64,000 nt of DNA from an uncultured Lysobacter sp. GTDB lineage: Bacteria; Pseudomonadota; Gammaproteobacteria; Burkholderiales; Usitatibacteraceae. Where the stretch lies: assembly GCA_964587315.1 (NCBI GenBank), contig CAZPLW010000001.1, forward strand, positions 55,374 through 119,373. The letters are read 5' to 3'. The notes beneath the pieces are model-generated. The model worked only from the letters and a program-made list of their open reading frames with translations, ran no database searches and was not told the DNA's origin. The translations under genes and the position numbers were made by a program. Shown piece after piece: positions 26,592-36,335 of the stretch; position 1 is the stretch's first letter, and every line of letters begins with the position of its first letter.

Positions 26592-28355
26592 ATGGCTGAA
26601 GGCACCAGCGCCGACCCCCGCCCCCTGAACGTCTGCTTCACGATGCACGGCATCGGGGTGTCGGGCGGGGTCGCTATCGGCCACGCGCACCTCTTCTCGG
26701 GCATGTCCGCCGAGGTGGACCACTACGGGATCGCCTCCTACGACGTGTCGCGCGAGCAGCGCCGCTACGACCGCGCGGTGAAGGAGGTGCAGGAGGAGCT
26801 GAAGGAGCTCGCCGACAGCGTGCGCCACGGCCCGTCCTCCGAGCTCGCGCCGTTCGTGAACGTGCACCTCATGCTGCTGCAGGATTCGGCCCTGTCCGAG
26901 GCGCCGCGCGACATCATCCGCGAGGAGCGCTGCAACGCCGAGTGGGCCCTGCGCCTGCAGCTCGACGAGCTCACCGCGCAGTTCGACGACATCGAGGACG
27001 AGTACCTGCGCGAGCGCGAGAACGACGTGCGCCAGGTGGCCGAGCGCGTGCTGGGGGCCCTCGCCGGCACCAAGCGCCGCATCGTGCCGCGCACCTCGCG
27101 CGAGGACCCGGCCATCCTCGTGGCGCGCGACCTCTCGCCCGCCGACGTGATCCTCTTCCGCGAGCACCCGTTCGCGGCCTTCGTGACGGACATGGGCGGG
27201 GCCACCTCGCACACGGCGATCATCGCGCGCTCGCTCGCCATCCCCGCCATCGTCGCCCTGCACCACTCGCGCACGATGATCCGCGAGGACGAACTGCTCG
27301 TGATCGACGGCGACCAGGGCGTCGTCATCGTCAACCCGGACCGCGCCGTCCTCGCCGAGTACCGCCTCAAGCAGAACCAGGCCCGGCTCGAGCGCGACAA
27401 GCTCAAGCGCATCCGCACCGCGCCGGCCGCCACGCTCGACGGCACGCCGGTGCAGCTGCACGCCAACATCGAGCTGCCCTCGGACCTGGACGCGGTGCGC
27501 GCGAGCGGCGCCACGGGAATCGGTCTCTTTCGAAGCGAGTTCCTCTTCATGAACCGCCGCGACCTGCCCGACGAGGACGAGCAGTACGAGGCCTACCGCG
27601 AGGTGGTCGAGGGCATGAAGGGCCGGCCGGTCACGATCCGCACGCTCGACATCGGCTCGGACAAGGCGATCGACGGCCAGGAGAGCGAGGCCGAGAACCC
27701 GGCCATGGGCCTGCGCGCGATCCGCTACTGCCTGGCGGAGCCGGAGCTCTTCAACACGCAGCTGCGCGCCATCCTGCGCGCCTCGAAGCACGGCAAGGCG
27801 CTGATCCTCATCCCGATGCTGTGCTCGTGGGGGGAACTCAACCAGTCCATCGCCGCCGTGGCCCGCGCCAAGGAGGAGCTGAAGGCCGAGGGGGTGAAGT
27901 TCGACGAGTTCGTGCCCGTGGGCGGGATGATCGAGATCCCCGCCGCGGCCATCGCGCTGCCGATGTTCATCCGCAAGCTCGACTTCCTCTCGATCGGCAC
28001 GAACGACCTCATCCAGTACACGCTCGCCATCGACCGCGCGGACGACTCGGTCGCGCACCTGTACGACCCGCTGCACCCGGCCGTCCTCTCCCTGCTGCAC
28101 GGGGTCATCCGCACGGCGCACCAGCACGAGAAGCCCATCGCGGTGTGCGGCGAGATGGCGGGCGACGTGGAGCTCACGCGATTGCTGCTGGGCTTCGGCC
28201 TGCGCCACTTCTCCATGCACCCGGCGACCGTCCTCGCCGTGAAGCAGCGCGTGCTCTCGACGAGCCTGCCGGACATCGCGCCGTTCGTGGCGCGCGTGCT
28301 CAAATCGGAGGAGCCGGACAAGATCCGGCTGATCCTGGACAAGCTGAACGGCTGA
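26592..28355 (+). CDS. ptsI: Phosphoenolpyruvate-protein phosphotransferase (PTS Enzyme I)
   Basis: GIGVSGGVAIGHAHL, GGATSHTAIIARSLAIPA (phospho-His) and FLSIGTNDLIQYTLAIDR..CGEMAG. The start may be the internal ATG at 26643. Confidence 0.9.
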   Translation: MAEGTSADPRPLNVCFTMHGIGVSGGVAIGHAHLFSGMSAEVDHYGIASYDVSREQRRYDRAVKEVQEELKELADSVRHGPSSELAPFVNVHLMLLQDSALSEAPRDIIREERCNAEWALRLQLDELTAQFDDIEDEYLRERENDVRQVAERVLGALAGTKRRIVPRTSREDPAILVARDLSPADVILFREHPFAAFVTDMGGATSHTAIIARSLAIPAIVALHHSRTMIREDELLVIDGDQGVVIVNPDRAVLAEYRLKQNQARLERDKLKRIRTAPAATLDGTPVQLHANIELPSDLDAVRASGATGIGLFRSEFLFMNRRDLPDEDEQYEAYREVVEGMKGRPVTIRTLDIGSDKAIDGQESEAENPAMGLRAIRYCLAEPELFNTQLRAILRASKHGKALILIPMLCSWGELNQSIAAVARAKEELKAEGVKFDEFVPVGGMIEIPAAAIALPMFIRKLDFLSIGTNDLIQYTLAIDRADDSVAHLYDPLHPAVLSLLHGVIRTAHQHEKPIAVCGEMAGDVELTRLLLGFGLRHFSMHPATVLAVKQRVLSTSLPDIAPFVARVLKSEEPDKIRLILDKLNG

Positions 28356-28364
28356 GGCGCGCGC

Positions 28365-29630
28365 TCAGGTCGACCCGCCCACGCCCAGCGAATCGCCGGA
28401 CGCGGCGCGCCGCCGGTCCTCCGGATCGCGGAAGTCCGTTTCCACCCCGCGACCGAGGATCTCCAGCTGTTCGCGAAGCGCCGCCGCGCGGTGTGCCGGC
28501 ACCCCGGCGATGAGGCCCTCCAGCATGGCGCGAAGGCGGCGGACGATCTGGATGCTGTCGCGGCCGAAATGGCGGATCTCCGTCACGGCGAGGCCCACGA
28601 AATCCTCCCAGTCGGGCGTCCGGAAGACCAGGCGCAGCTGCCCGGCCTCGTCGTGCACGCGCCCGGTGTCGAGCCGACGGCCGGCGACCACCCGCAGCAG
28701 GCGATGGACCTGGTCGATGGCGAGGACACCCGTGGTCGGGTCGTTGATGGCGGGCGAGAGCGCCTTCGCGGCGATGTCGACGACGATGCGGAAGGCGAAG
28801 GCCGGATCCTGCTCCATCGTGCGCTCCGGCCCGATGGCGACCGCGTGTTCCAGGTCGCCGTCCGCGAGGCGCCCGCCCCCCCGGTAAAGCCGGAACAGGG
28901 GATCGCCCTCGGTCACGAAATCGCCCGCCTGGGGCACGAACTCGATGACGCAGTCGGCCGCGCGGGCGAGCGCCACCAGGCCCGGCACGTCGAAGGCGAG
29001 CACGACCCCCGTGTGGCGGGCCGTGATCGTGCGGATCGGCTCGCCGACGAGCGCCGGCAGGGCGACGGCCGGCGGTTCCGGTTCCGGACCGATGTCCTGC
29101 GGGTAGACATCCCGGATCACCGCCTGCCCGGACGTGCCGACCGAGGCGAGGATGGAGACGGGACGAAGCCCCTTGCCGACGTGGTCGATCATGAAGAGGA
29201 AGACGCCGATGCACACGACGCAGCCGCCGGTGGCGAGCCACATCGACACCTGGGGCACCTTGTCGTCGATGCGGCTGAGCAGGGCCAGCGTGTAGATGAA
29301 CGAGAAGACGAAGATCGTGAGAGCGAGCTTGATGACGCGGTTGCGGTAGACGCGGGCGATGATGCGCGGGGTGAGCTGGGCGCTTGCGAGCTGCACCGCC
29401 AGCAGCAGGATCGAGAAGACGAAGACGATGAACGTGAGCATGGACGAGGAGAGGGCCGCGAGCATCGCGCGCGCGCCATCGGGGCTCACGATGGGCGTCA
29501 CGTCCAGCACGGCATCCACGGCACGCATGAGCGGGAGCGCCACCAGCGCCGCGACCATGCCCAGGAGGGGCGGAAGCCAGACGGCGTTCTGGAGGGTGGC
29601 CTTCAGGCGGTAACGATGCAGCCAGGTCAT
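28365..29630 (-). CDS. DUF2254 family membrane protein
   Basis: N-terminal TM segments (MLTFIVFVFSILLLAVQLASAQLTPRII). The soluble C-terminal part with DPAFAFRIVVDIAAKALSPAINDPTTG is characteristic of DUF2254. Confidence 0.75.
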   Translation of the reverse strand: MTWLHRYRLKATLQNAVWLPPLLGMVAALVALPLMRAVDAVLDVTPIVSPDGARAMLAALSSSMLTFIVFVFSILLLAVQLASAQLTPRIIARVYRNRVIKLALTIFVFSFIYTLALLSRIDDKVPQVSMWLATGGCVVCIGVFLFMIDHVGKGLRPVSILASVGTSGQAVIRDVYPQDIGPEPEPPAVALPALVGEPIRTITARHTGVVLAFDVPGLVALARAADCVIEFVPQAGDFVTEGDPLFRLYRGGGRLADGDLEHAVAIGPERTMEQDPAFAFRIVVDIAAKALSPAINDPTTGVLAIDQVHRLLRVVAGRRLDTGRVHDEAGQLRLVFRTPDWEDFVGLAVTEIRHFGRDSIQIVRRLRAMLEGLIAGVPAHRAAALREQLEILGRGVETDFRDPEDRRRAASGDSLGVGGST

Positions 29631-29643
29631 GGCGGGTTCCTCC

Positions 29644-30570
29644 TCACATTCCGGCGCCCCATCGGTGCTGCCAGGCGATGCCGACGAGGTCGAAGCTGTT
29701 GCCGGTTCGGTCCGAAAGGCCCGTGCTCGCATAGAGCTTGACCGAGTTCTTCCGGTCGACGGGAATCGCGTAGGTGGCCCCGAAGCGCCAGTTCTGCTGG
29801 AGATCGGCCTTCAGGATGCCGTTGACGGTGTTGCGTCCGCCCGCGTAGTACGTGGCGTCCACCGATATCCAGCTTCCGCCGCGGAAGCCGTGGATCACGT
29901 GCCCCTGCAGCGAGTAGAGCGGGTCCTGCTCGCGCTTGTTGCCGCCGAAGAACTCGTGGTTGACGGTGTAGAACGTGGCCGCCGCCGAGCCTTCGAGCGT
30001 CCACGGCCCGAACGTCTTAGACGCGCCGATCTCCGGCTTGAAGGACCAGCGGTTGGTGCCGATGTTGACGAGGCGGTTCTCGTCGTACTGGCTCCAGGGC
30101 GCCGTCACCCGCAGGCTCACGCCGACGACGACGTCCGGTTGCCAGCGGCGGAACTCGCCGAGCGAAAGCGCCGGCGCGCCGTAGAAGTTCCAGCACAGCC
30201 GGACCGACGGGTTGGCGAATCCGTTCACACTGCGCTCGACGGGCTCGCCGTCGGACAGGGCCTGCCCGGAGAGGCCTGTGTAGGGGACGACCACATCCAG
30301 GAGGGCCTCCTTTCCCCCGATCTCGAACGCCCTCGCGTAGGCGAGGACGGCGTTCGAGGTCTTGAGGTGGGCGTCGGTGAGGTCCAGCGCCGAATCGAAC
30401 TGCAGGGCGCCCTGCGTGTGGACGTAGCCGGCGATCAGGAAGTTGATGCCGATCGGCGCGTTGAAGTAGGTGCGCGGCTCGATGTCCTGCGCGAGCGCCG
30501 GCGAGGCCGCGCCCAGGCATGCGCAGGCGATGCCGCCAGCCAGGCGGGCGCGCGAGCGCATTGAGATCAT
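29644..30570 (-). CDS. Outer-membrane transporter, MetA-pathway-of-phenol-degradation-like beta-barrel
   Basis: Signal peptide, then QDIEPRTYFNAPIGINFLIAGY.., alternating beta-strand pattern and a C-terminal aromatic-rich strand. ATGA overlap with hupE-like. Confidence 0.6.
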   Translation of the reverse strand: MISMRSRARLAGGIACACLGAASPALAQDIEPRTYFNAPIGINFLIAGYVHTQGALQFDSALDLTDAHLKTSNAVLAYARAFEIGGKEALLDVVVPYTGLSGQALSDGEPVERSVNGFANPSVRLCWNFYGAPALSLGEFRRWQPDVVVGVSLRVTAPWSQYDENRLVNIGTNRWSFKPEIGASKTFGPWTLEGSAAATFYTVNHEFFGGNKREQDPLYSLQGHVIHGFRGGSWISVDATYYAGGRNTVNGILKADLQQNWRFGATYAIPVDRKNSVKLYASTGLSDRTGNSFDLVGIAWQHRWGAGM

Positions 30571-31574
30571 CTCATCGCTCCCACCATCGCGAAGGTGCGC
30601 TGGATGGCCCAATAGGCACCCAGCGATCCCACGACATAGCCCGGCAGCGCGAGGACGGCCCGGGGCCAGGCGATCCGGATGGCGCCGAAGGCCCGCTCGA
30701 TCGCGAGCGCGATCGCCACGACGAGGAGCTGGCCCGCCTCGACCCCCACGTTGAACAGCAGCAGGGCGAGCGGGATCTCCGCCTGCGGGAAGCCCGCCGT
30801 CGAAAGCCCGCTCGCGAAGCCGAAGCCGTGCAGCAGCCCGAACGCGAAGGCCACCACCCAGGGATGGCGGATCGTGAAGCTCGACTCGCCGCGCCACCGC
30901 CTGACGATCTCCGGCCCGAGGAAGAGGATGCTGAGCGCGATCGCCGCCTCGAGCGGCGGGATGGGCAGGCTGGCATGGCCGAGCGTCGCGAGGGCGAGCG
31001 TGATGCTGTGCGCGAGCGTGAAGGCCGTGATGGTCTTCACCAGCATCCAGCGGTCCGTGACGACGAGGAGCAAGCCCAGCACGAAGAGCAGGTGGTCGGC
31101 CGCCGGCAGGATGTGCCAGAAGCCCAGCCCCAGGTACGAGGCGGCGCGCGCCCAGGCCGTCGTCGGCGCGCCGAGCGTGGCCGAGGCCGACGTGGGCTTG
31201 AGCAGGTGGCTCTCCAGCCGGCCGTCCGCGTGCAGGACGCGCACGATCACGTCGGTGACGGTCGACTCCAGGCCGTCGATGGAAATCGCCTTGCCCGCGA
31301 GGCCGCCCTCGCACCGCACGGTCCCCCGGACCACCACCGCGCCCGGCGTGAGCCGCTGCTGGTCCGGGGCCGCGAGGCGGCAATCCTTCGGCAGCACCGG
31401 CGCGATGAAGATCTCCACCTCGCCGCCCGAGGGCTTCTTCCAGAAGAGCTCGTAGGTGCCGGGCGCCCGCTCGCGAAGCTCGAGGAAGCCGGGACGCATC
31501 TCGTGGGCGAGCGCCGCGCCGGCGAAGACGGGGAGCAGCAGCGCGGCGGCCAGCGCCCGCAGGACGGCGATCAT
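30567..31574 (-). CDS. HupE/UreJ family metal (Ni/Co-type) transporter with an N-terminal periplasmic extension
   Basis: Signal peptide cleaved before His (ALA-HEMRPG). The C-terminal part has HILPAADHLLFVLGLL..TLAHSITLAL..FGLLHGFGFA, which are HupE/UreJ motifs. Confidence 0.8.
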   Translation of the reverse strand: MIAVLRALAAALLLPVFAGAALAHEMRPGFLELRERAPGTYELFWKKPSGGEVEIFIAPVLPKDCRLAAPDQQRLTPGAVVVRGTVRCEGGLAGKAISIDGLESTVTDVIVRVLHADGRLESHLLKPTSASATLGAPTTAWARAASYLGLGFWHILPAADHLLFVLGLLLVVTDRWMLVKTITAFTLAHSITLALATLGHASLPIPPLEAAIALSILFLGPEIVRRWRGESSFTIRHPWVVAFAFGLLHGFGFASGLSTAGFPQAEIPLALLLFNVGVEAGQLLVVAIALAIERAFGAIRIAWPRAVLALPGYVVGSLGAYWAIQRTFAMVGAMR

Positions 31575-32407
31575 GGCGCGCGCTTCTCGATTACTACCCG
31601 GTAGCGCCCGAGCAAGGTCGCGTAGCGCTCGTCGAGGGCGCGGCGGCGGCGGTCGGCGGCGAAGTCGCGCGCGACTTGCGCACGCACTTGCTCGAGCGGC
31701 GCGACCAGGGCCTCCTCGCGCTCGCGCACGAGGACCAGGTGCAGCCCGTAGCCGGACCGGAGGGGACCGATCCAGCGGCCGGGCTCGGCTTTCATCACCG
31801 CTTCGGCGAAGGGCTCGCCGAAATCGCGCGCGAGGTCGCCGTGCGGCAGGCGCGTCATGTCGGCCGGCAGCAGGCGCGAATCGCCGAGCCCCTCGATGCG
31901 CGCATCCGGCCCCGCCTGCGCGAGCTGCGCGAGCCGCTTGCGCGCGTCGGCCTCCAGCGTGCCCGGGTGGCGCTCCGGGCTCAGGTCCACCTGCCGAAGC
32001 GTGATGCGGGGTTCGCGGCGGTACCGGTCGGCGTGCGCGTCGAGCCAGGCCTGCAACTGCGCGTCGGTCGGCGGCGCGGCATCGGCCCCGTCGTCGGCGC
32101 CGAACTCGAACTTCTGCCGCAGCCGGCGGCGGATGACCGTGTCGTCCCGGTCGAGCCCCGCCGCCATCGCCTCGCGCGTGGCGATCTCCTCGCGCACGTA
32201 CTCGTCCAGCAGCGTCTTGAGCTCCGCCTCGGTGGGCGGGCGCTGCCAGGTGCGCGCGAAGCCGGTGGAGATGGCGTCGACCTGCCCGGGCGTGATGACG
32301 ATGCGGCCCGTTCCCGGGCCGCCCGGATCGAACCGGTCGAAGACGAGGAAGAGCGCGAGCCCGATCGCCAGGAAGTGCAGCAGCGGTTCGCGCAGCAGTC
32401 GTCGCAT
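31571..32407 (-). CDS. Membrane-anchored parvulin-type peptidyl-prolyl cis-trans isomerase-like protein
   Basis: N-terminal TM segment (HFLAIGLALFLVF) and a C-terminal rotamase-like part (GDLARDFGEPFAEAVMKAEPGRWIGPLRSGYGLHLVLV). ATGA overlap with hupE-like. Confidence 0.6.
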   Translation of the reverse strand: MRRLLREPLLHFLAIGLALFLVFDRFDPGGPGTGRIVITPGQVDAISTGFARTWQRPPTEAELKTLLDEYVREEIATREAMAAGLDRDDTVIRRRLRQKFEFGADDGADAAPPTDAQLQAWLDAHADRYRREPRITLRQVDLSPERHPGTLEADARKRLAQLAQAGPDARIEGLGDSRLLPADMTRLPHGDLARDFGEPFAEAVMKAEPGRWIGPLRSGYGLHLVLVREREEALVAPLEQVRAQVARDFAADRRRRALDERYATLLGRYRVVIEKRAP

Positions 32408-32433
32408 GCGGTTCGGTTCGAAAGCCGCCCTGG

Positions 32434-34365
32434 CTAGGGCGTGTACCAGATCGGCGAGGTGTACGCGCGCTCCGTGATCGTCATGCGCGTGCCCGGCAAC
32501 GGCTTGATGTTGAATCGCTTCGCGTCGTAGGCCGTCCAGCGCGGCGTCGGGATCTCGATCACGCGCACGTAGTAGAACGCGCGCTGCTGCGGGTCGAACG
32601 CCGGGTCCTTCCACACGGTGCTCAGCTCCGTCGCGCCGATGGAATTGGTCCACGTGGCGTTCGCCACGTCCACGGTGCTGCCGACGGAAGCGCGGGCGCG
32701 GCCGTCCGCGTCGATCTTGCGCCCGCCCGAGACGGCCACGTCGTAGATGCGCTCCTGCGTCCTGCCGTCCTTGTCGAGCCAGCCCTTGATCACCTGGACG
32801 CGGTCGATGTTCGCGCCGATCGGGTCCTTGAGCGCGGCCACGAGGAAGGTGGGCGACTTGCCCGCCGGGGCCTTCGCGAGGTCACCGCCCATCGGCACGC
32901 CCTTGGCGTAGCCGAGCGTGGCGGGCTGGCGATGGGTCGCATCGGCCGGCCCGAAGTCCCAGCCGCCGAAGAAGCGCACGATCATGCGCGGGCCGGTGGT
33001 GGCGTAGGTCTCGCGGCGCTTCATCGCGTCGAAGATCGCCTCGCGCGTGTTCTCGGTGGCCCACACGGCCGCGTAGCCGGAGGCGCCCACTTCCCAGTCC
33101 ATGACCTTCACGCCGGTCTTCGCGTTGTCGAAGAAGGTCTTCGTCAGGCGCTCGGGGCTCGGCTCCTGCGGGGCCGTCTTGCCGAAGAAGTTCTCCTCCT
33201 CGACGGCCACGAGGCCCGTGTGCGCGTCGGTGCTGCCGATGAGGCCGAACTTGTACGGGTTCGCGCCGAACTTCGCCTCGAGGGCGAGGCCGTTGCGGTA
33301 GGCCGAGCGGGCGTACTCGAGCGGGAGCATGTCCTTGCTCTTGGCCGCGCTGCCGTCGAGGTTGCCCTTGTCCCACAGCTCGTAGTCGGCGAACTCGTCG
33401 GTGGTCGACATGAAGGGATGCGACTCGCCGGTGCCCTTGGTCTGGGTGACCTCGTACAGCGGCTCCCAGCGCGCGCGCGTGTCGATGTACTTGCGGTCGA
33501 TGGGCTTGCCGAAGGCCTCGACCATCGGGAACATGCGGCCGTTGCTCAGGTTGCCGTTGTGGGCGATGGCGAGCACCTCGGTGCCGGTCTTCTGCTCCGT
33601 GGCCGCCATCCACTTCCAGAGGTTCTCCGGATTGTCGTTGCCGAGCGGCGGCAGCGTGGTGAACGGCTCGACGAGGCTCGCCTGCGCGCCGTTGCCGCGA
33701 AAGATCACGTTGCGGTGCAGGTTGTTGCCCTCGGTGATGGAGGTCCACTCTTAGCCGATGAAGACGGTGAAGCGGCCCGGGTCGTTGAATGCCTCGGCCG
33801 CCTTGATGGTCTCCTGCCAGGCGTTGCGGTAGGTGCTGGTTCCCGGGACCGGGAACCCCTTGGGCAGCCGGTTGTTGCTGAAGCTCACGATGATGTCGAC
33901 CGCCGCTTCCGCGCCCTGGCCGCCCTTGATCTGGTCGTACCACTTGCGCCCCTGAGGCGTCGCGAGCAGCTCCGGGTCGCCGCTCATGAGCTGCGGGAAG
34001 AAGCCGAAGCCGTCGGAGTGGTCGGCGACCACGAGGAAGTCGAGCGGGCGCGCGAGCTTCACCGACTGGCCGGTCGAGGAGACGACTTCCTCGCCGCGCG
34101 CGAACCGGTAGGCTTCCCGCGGCCCGAGCCGCGCGCCGAAGGCGCCGGCGTCCAGCGAGAACGACGTGTGCAGGTGCGTGTCCCCGAAAAGGGGCCGCGT
34201 CGGATAGCTGCGGCCGGCGTAGGGCGAATAGCCCGGCTTGCTGCCGTGCACGCGCTCGAGCTGCGCCTTCTCGGCGCCGCCGGCGTCGCCTTGCGCGAAG
34301 GCGGCGGACATGCCGCCCGCGAGCAGGGCGAGGCCCACGGCCGTGACGATCTTTCTGGTTTTCAT
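32434..34365 (-). pseudogene. DUF3604 domain protein interrupted by one in-frame TAA (33751-33753)
   Basis: The two ORFs (33751..34365 and 32434..33750) are in the same frame: ..GRFTVFIG-TAA-EWTSITEGNNLHRNVIFRGN... Signal peptide, and GDTHLHTSFSLDAG (PHP-like metal site) near the N-terminus. Confidence 0.8.
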
Positions 34366-34967
34366 GGTGCTGACCTCGATGAGAGAGCCGGGGGAGAGAG
34401 GCGATCGACGAGCGCGGCGATCTCGCGCACGCGTTCCGGTTCGCCGTAGAAGCGGATGAGGCCCCGTTCGCGGGCCGAGCGGGGGGTGAGCGTTCCGTCG
34501 ACGAGCCCGGCGACCACGGGCCGGTCCGTCACGACCACGACGTCGCCCGGAACGGGACCGGTCACGTGGACGGCCATGGCGAGCCCCGCGCCGGCGGGCT
34601 CGAACCGCGCCCAGAGCATCGGCCCGACCAGGACGACGGTGAATGCGGGGACGGCGCCCCTGTCCACGTGGGCGCCCGCGAGGTCTCGGAAGAGACCGAG
34701 CTGGCCGGCGGTGTCGCGATACGCGGCGAGGGCGCGAAGCGCCTCGGGACGCTCGTCCGGCTCCGCCGCCGGCTCGTTCCGGGCGATCACGCCTTCGAGC
34801 TGCGCCATCCAGACGGCCGTGTGGACGTACAGGGCCTTCGGATAGGCGAGGTTGAGCGCGGAGCGGTTCAGGTCCACCGCACCGTGAAAGCCGCAGGCCC
34901 CGGCGGGCCACGCCGCGGCCATGAGCAGGGTCGCCGCGACGGCGTTGCGCCAGTTCCCGGCGCTCAA
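34362..34967 (-). CDS. Hypothetical exported protein (TTG start; alternative ATG at 34922)
   Basis: The stop overlaps the DUF3604 start (ATGA). The N-terminal part is hydrophobic (AVAATLLMAAAWPAGAC). No family recognised. Confidence 0.5.
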   Translation of the reverse strand: MSAGNWRNAVAATLLMAAAWPAGACGFHGAVDLNRSALNLAYPKALYVHTAVWMAQLEGVIARNEPAAEPDERPEALRALAAYRDTAGQLGLFRDLAGAHVDRGAVPAFTVVLVGPMLWARFEPAGAGLAMAVHVTGPVPGDVVVVTDRPVVAGLVDGTLTPRSARERGLIRFYGEPERVREIAALVDRLSPPALSSRSAP

Positions 34968-35005
34968 GAGGCCCCTCCGCCCTTGCGTCGCGGCGTTCCG
35001 GGCGA

Positions 35006-35821
35006 CTACCAGTGGAAGACCGCCGCGATCGCCGGCCCGTTGAAGGTCATGCTCTCGATCTTCTTGCCGGACTTCATGTCGTAGTCGAGATAGCGCCACG
35101 CGGCCACGACGTCGCCCCACTTGAACGAGTAGCCGATGCCGCCCATCGCCTGCCACGTGAGGTCCGATTCGCCGGTGCCGATGTCGACGTACCAGGGCAC
35201 GAACCACTTGCGCTCCTCGCCCAGGGCGAAGCGTCCCTTCGCGCCGACGATCGCATCCCAGTTGGAGATCTTCGCTTCCGACGTGCCCGCGCGGCTGCCC
35301 ACGGGAACCGAGGCGACGTTGCCGGTGATCTCGTACCCGAACGTCTGCTTCAGGTCGAAGAGTCGCGTGCCGCCGATGAGGTCGACCTTCATGGCCGGAT
35401 CGGAGGCGATGCGCCAGGTGCCCGCGAGTGTCCACGCCCAGCCCTTCAGGTCGTAGCTCACGTTGGCGTCGGCGCCGGCGGGAATGGGCGTGCCCCCGAG
35501 CGTGAAGTCGCGGAACCCGCTCTTGGTGTTGCCCAGGTCCATGTAGACGACGTCGGTGTACATGCCCCAGCGGCCGTTGCTCGCCTCGAGGTTCCCCATG
35601 AAAGTCATCTTCAGGCTGTCGAGGATCTTGCTCGAGTCCACCGTGCTGCTGCTTCCGCCGGAGCCGGCAGGGAAAGTCGTGGTCCCGCCGATGTCCGGCA
35701 GGTAGGCGTAGATCGAGCCCTGCCATTTCCAGGTGTCCGCGACCTGCGCGCGGGCGTCGGCGGACGACAGGGTGGCGAGGGCGCAGAGCGCCGCGGCCGT
35801 GAGCTTCATCGGTCTGTTCAT
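35006..35821 (-). CDS. Outer-membrane beta-barrel protein (unknown family)
   Basis: Signal peptide MNRPMKLTAAALCALATLSSADA, alternating beta pattern and a C-terminal ..GPAIAAVFHW aromatic terminus. Confidence 0.7.
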   Translation of the reverse strand: MNRPMKLTAAALCALATLSSADARAQVADTWKWQGSIYAYLPDIGGTTTFPAGSGGSSSTVDSSKILDSLKMTFMGNLEASNGRWGMYTDVVYMDLGNTKSGFRDFTLGGTPIPAGADANVSYDLKGWAWTLAGTWRIASDPAMKVDLIGGTRLFDLKQTFGYEITGNVASVPVGSRAGTSEAKISNWDAIVGAKGRFALGEERKWFVPWYVDIGTGESDLTWQAMGGIGYSFKWGDVVAAWRYLDYDMKSGKKIESMTFNGPAIAAVFHW

Positions 35822-35859
35822 GGTCTGCTCCTCGCGGGCGGGATCGATCCCGCCTCCGG

Positions 35860-36324
35860 TTACTTGATGGTGTAGCCCTTGCCCTCGAGGCACGCGGCGC
35901 GCGCCTTCTGGTAGGCCTGCTGGCCCGCGCTCTGCTGCTGCGAGGCCTGCTGTTGCTGCTGCTGCGAAGCCGCCTGGTTCTGCTTGCGGCTCGCGCTGCG
36001 GGCCACGACCGCGCCGGCCGCGGCGCCGGAACTCGCGTCGCCGCCGACCACCTCGCCCACGACCGCACCCTTCGCCGCGCCGCGCACGCCGGCGCCCGGC
36101 GTCGTGCCGGTCGCCGTCGTCGGGGGCTTGGCGGCCTGCGGGGGCGGCGGCGGATTGGCCGGGTCGTACTTCGACTGCTCGACCGCCCACGTGTGGCAGG
36201 CGCCCTCGTCCTTCTTCTGCTGGTCGGACGTCTGGCCCTTGGCGGGGTACACGAACTGCTGCGCGACGGCGCTGGCGGCGAAGGCCGTCGCGACGATCGC
36301 GGCAAGAAGCGCGGGGGTTCTCAT
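35860..36324 (-). CDS. Small secreted glycine-zipper / Gln-rich protein
   Basis: AAGGAG RBS before MRTPALL and a signal peptide. GAGVRGAAKGAVVGEVVGGDASSGAAAGAVVA is a Gly-zipper, a poly-Q tract follows, and paired Cys residues flank it (GACHTW .. ACLEGKGYTIK). Confidence 0.6.
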   Translation of the reverse strand: MRTPALLAAIVATAFAASAVAQQFVYPAKGQTSDQQKKDEGACHTWAVEQSKYDPANPPPPPQAAKPPTTATGTTPGAGVRGAAKGAVVGEVVGGDASSGAAAGAVVARSASRKQNQAASQQQQQQASQQQSAGQQAYQKARAACLEGKGYTIK

Positions 36325-36335
36325 CGATTTCTCCT

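Noticed and set aside
33751-33753. Programmed recoding (selenocysteine or pyrrolysine) at the DUF3604 in-frame stop
   Set aside because: The codon is TAA, not TGA or TAG, and no SECIS-like hairpin is evident downstream. A nonsense mutation or a sequence error is the simpler reading.
34968-36305. Pro/Arg/Ala-rich N-terminal 446 codons of ORF 34362..36305
   Set aside because: This part overlaps, out of frame, the OM barrel (35006-35821) and Gly-zipper (35860-36324) genes, which have signal peptides and an RBS. Its composition is typical shadow-frame sequence.
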